Assembly: GCA_965140585.1 (NCBI GenBank)
Contig: OZ223269.1
Span: 384,001-448,000, forward strand
Length of the DNA: 64,000 bases
Direction: 5' to 3'
Source: Spirochaetia bacterium
GTDB lineage: Bacteria > Spirochaetota > Spirochaetia > UBA9216
How positions within the stretch are numbered: the stretch's first letter is position 1; the number at the start of each line of letters is the position of its first letter. The position numbers were made by a program, and so were the translations under genes. The notes beneath the pieces were generated by a model, which saw only the letters and a list, made by a program, of their open reading frames with translations, was not told the origin of the DNA and did no database searches. Positions 61,992 through 64,000 of this stretch are shown here, one piece after another.

Positions 61992-62117
61992 AAAATAACT
62001 CCTTTTATAGTTTACAGTGCAATATACAAAAAATATCAGAAAGGAACAAGATTCCGCTTTTGAAAGAAAAAGCATTAAATAGTGGAAAAATGTGCTGTTT
62101 TATTATAGCCTAGTCAC

Positions 62118-63371
62118 ATGGCCGTATATAAAACGAAAAATTCAATTCAGCCCTATGCATGGGGGTCTTCAACAGCCATTCCCGAGCTTTTAGGCTATGA
62201 AAATCCCGGAAACGAACCGATGGCTGAGCTCTGGATGGGGGCGCATCCCAAAGCTCCGTCAGTTATTTTAAAAGATGATAATACACAGCAGCAACTGAAT
62301 GATTACATAAGCGCTGCTTCAGATAGAGTGCTCGGCAAACGGATCTCGGAGCAATTCGGCAGGCGGCTTCCTTTTCTTTTCAAGGTTCTTGCTGCCGGAA
62401 GCCCTCTTTCAATACAGTCCCATCCGAATCTCAAGCAGGCAGCTGACGGTTTCCGGCGGGAAAATGAAGCTGGAATTCCGCTTGATGCATTCAACCGGAA
62501 CTATAAGGATGATAATCATAAACCTGAGATAATCTGTGCGCTTACAGAGTATTCCGCCATGCGCGGGTTCAGACCTGCCGGCGAAATAGCCTCCGCTTTC
62601 AGAAAGATAATGATACCGGAGCTTGAAGCTTCAGTTTCAGCGCTTGAGACAGTCGCTGCAGCGCCCGCAGTTTCAGGGGCTGCATCAGTTGATAGTGCAG
62701 CTGCCTCAGCAGTTAGAATTTTTTTCTCTGAACTTATGAGCCTGAAAGATGAAGCAAGAGAGAGGCTTCTTTCACTTGCGATGAAAGCTGCAGAGGCAGG
62801 TTTACTTCCTGAATCAAAATGGATCCTTGATTTTGCCGGCCTCTATCCCGGCGATACAGGCATAGTGAGTCCGCTGTACCTTAATGTTGTTGTTCTGCAG
62901 CCCGGCGAGGCAATGTATCTGCCAGCGGGTGAACTGCATGCATATCTTCATGGACTTGGAATGGAGCTGATGGCAAATTCCGACAACGTTCTTAGAGGAG
63001 GCCTTACACCTAAATATATTGATGTTCAGGAGCTGATCTCAACCCTCACTTTCAGCACCGGACGTCCGGAAATACTGCATCCTGTTAAACTGAATGAGTA
63101 TGAATCTGCCTATATAACTGAAGCCCCGGAGTTTATTCTGACAAGAATAGATCTTGACGGCTTATATGAAATTCCCGGGCAGATATATGGACCTGAAATG
63201 CCCTCTGTATTTATATGCCTGAAAGGGAAGGCGGAAATAAAAGATGGAGCCGGCAGATCTATTACATTATCCCGCGGTGAAACCGCTTTCTCAGAGCATG
63301 GAACAAGTCTTAGTTTAAACGGGAATGGGTTGTTTTATCGGGCATCAGTTCCGGCAAAGGAAACTGAGTGA
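62118..63371 (+). CDS. manA: Mannose-6-phosphate isomerase, class I
   Basis: YAWGS, AELWMGAHP, LSIQSHP, YKDDNHKPE, HAYL, MANSDNV.RGGLT.K. Confidence 0.95.
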   Translation: MAVYKTKNSIQPYAWGSSTAIPELLGYENPGNEPMAELWMGAHPKAPSVILKDDNTQQQLNDYISAASDRVLGKRISEQFGRRLPFLFKVLAAGSPLSIQSHPNLKQAADGFRRENEAGIPLDAFNRNYKDDNHKPEIICALTEYSAMRGFRPAGEIASAFRKIMIPELEASVSALETVAAAPAVSGAASVDSAAASAVRIFFSELMSLKDEARERLLSLAMKAAEAGLLPESKWILDFAGLYPGDTGIVSPLYLNVVVLQPGEAMYLPAGELHAYLHGLGMELMANSDNVLRGGLTPKYIDVQELISTLTFSTGRPEILHPVKLNEYESAYITEAPEFILTRIDLDGLYEIPGQIYGPEMPSVFICLKGKAEIKDGAGRSITLSRGETAFSEHGTSLSLNGNGLFYRASVPAKETE

Positions 63372-63826
63372 AAATATTTGTAGACGCCGATTCCTGTCCT
63401 CCGCAGATTCGGGACATCATATGCCGTGCCGCTGTCCGGAAGGAAATTCAAACTGTCTTTGCAGCCAATGTAAAACTCAAGCTTCCTGAAAATGAGTTTA
63501 TTGAAATGGTTGTTGTGGAAAAGGGGGAGGGTGTAGCCGATGATTACATTGTTGAAAACTGTATTCCCGGGGATCTTGCAGTCACCCGAGATATTCCTCT
63601 TGCTTCAAGACTTATAGACCATGGCATTGTTGTAATTAATGACAGGGGGAACCTTTTTACAACTGAAAATATCCGTGAACGGCTGTCTGTCAGGGATCTG
63701 ATGAAAGATTTTCGTGAAGCAGGCATTATGCCTCAGAGAGAAAGCAGTTTCAGTAATAAGGAAGTAGGGAAGTTTGCAAACTGTTTTGACAGGGAGCTGA
63801 CAAAGCTGATAAAAGCCGGGACATAA
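63368..63826 (+). CDS. YaiI/YqxD (DUF188) family protein
   Basis: IFVDADSCP, ADD.I, TRDIPLA, NI..RL..RD. Confidence 0.92.
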   Translation: MKIFVDADSCPPQIRDIICRAAVRKEIQTVFAANVKLKLPENEFIEMVVVEKGEGVADDYIVENCIPGDLAVTRDIPLASRLIDHGIVVINDRGNLFTTENIRERLSVRDLMKDFREAGIMPQRESSFSNKEVGKFANCFDRELTKLIKAGT

Positions 63827-63834
63827 ATCCCGGC
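63815..63834. terminator. Hairpin between convergent genes
   Basis: GCCGGGA-cataaa-TCCCGGC preceded by AAAA (U-tract on the minus strand). Confidence 0.55.
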
Positions 63835-63847
63835 ATAATTTGAATAG

Positions 63848-64000
63848 CTAAAAATCAGCGTTGTTGACAGTTCGCGGAAATGGAATTACATCTCTGATAT
63901 TCTGAATTCCGGTCATGTATTGAATTAGTCTTTCAAATCCGAGTCCGAATCCGGAATGCGGTACTGAGCCGAATCTTCTCAGATCCAGATACCACCAGTA
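63848..64000 (-). CDS. asnS: Asparagine--tRNA ligase, 3' end only
   Basis: Manual translation gives [50 protein letters not shown]. Confidence 0.93.
   Translation of the reverse strand, partial: YWWYLDLRRFGSVPHSGFGLGFERLIQYMTGIQNIRDVIPFPRTVNNADF

Overview
This is a bacterial chromosome segment, most likely from an anaerobic spirochaete (Spirochaetales-like). That inference rests on a FlaA-like fragment, many lipoproteins, an 'FAGGQKE'-type binding-protein N-terminus and a PPi-dependent PFK. Positions 1-~11700 are a visibly AT-rich accessory island of signalling genes: a PAS/HD-GYP protein, two hemerythrins, three HisKA_2 kinases and three stand-alone receivers. The island is interrupted by a small phage relic (sigma-like gene, HNH gene, cos-like sequence) and contains a ~99-bp direct repeat. 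After it come a hipA pseudogene, a Crp/Fnr regulator with a permease pair, a radical SAM/SPASM enzyme with a YG-motif lipoprotein, rlmI-leuD-leuC, a liv-type ABC operon with paaK, nifS-nifU-cysK-cysE, a decayed CheB/CheR hybrid, an unusual truncated CysRS paralog, and housekeeping genes ending in the 3' end of asnS. The best candidates for new biology are the CysRS paralog (rewired active site, no anticodon domain), the rSAM/lipoprotein pair, and the hemerythrin/HisKA_2 redox-signalling island. No rRNA, tRNA or CRISPR array was recognised. All calls are by eye, without database searches.
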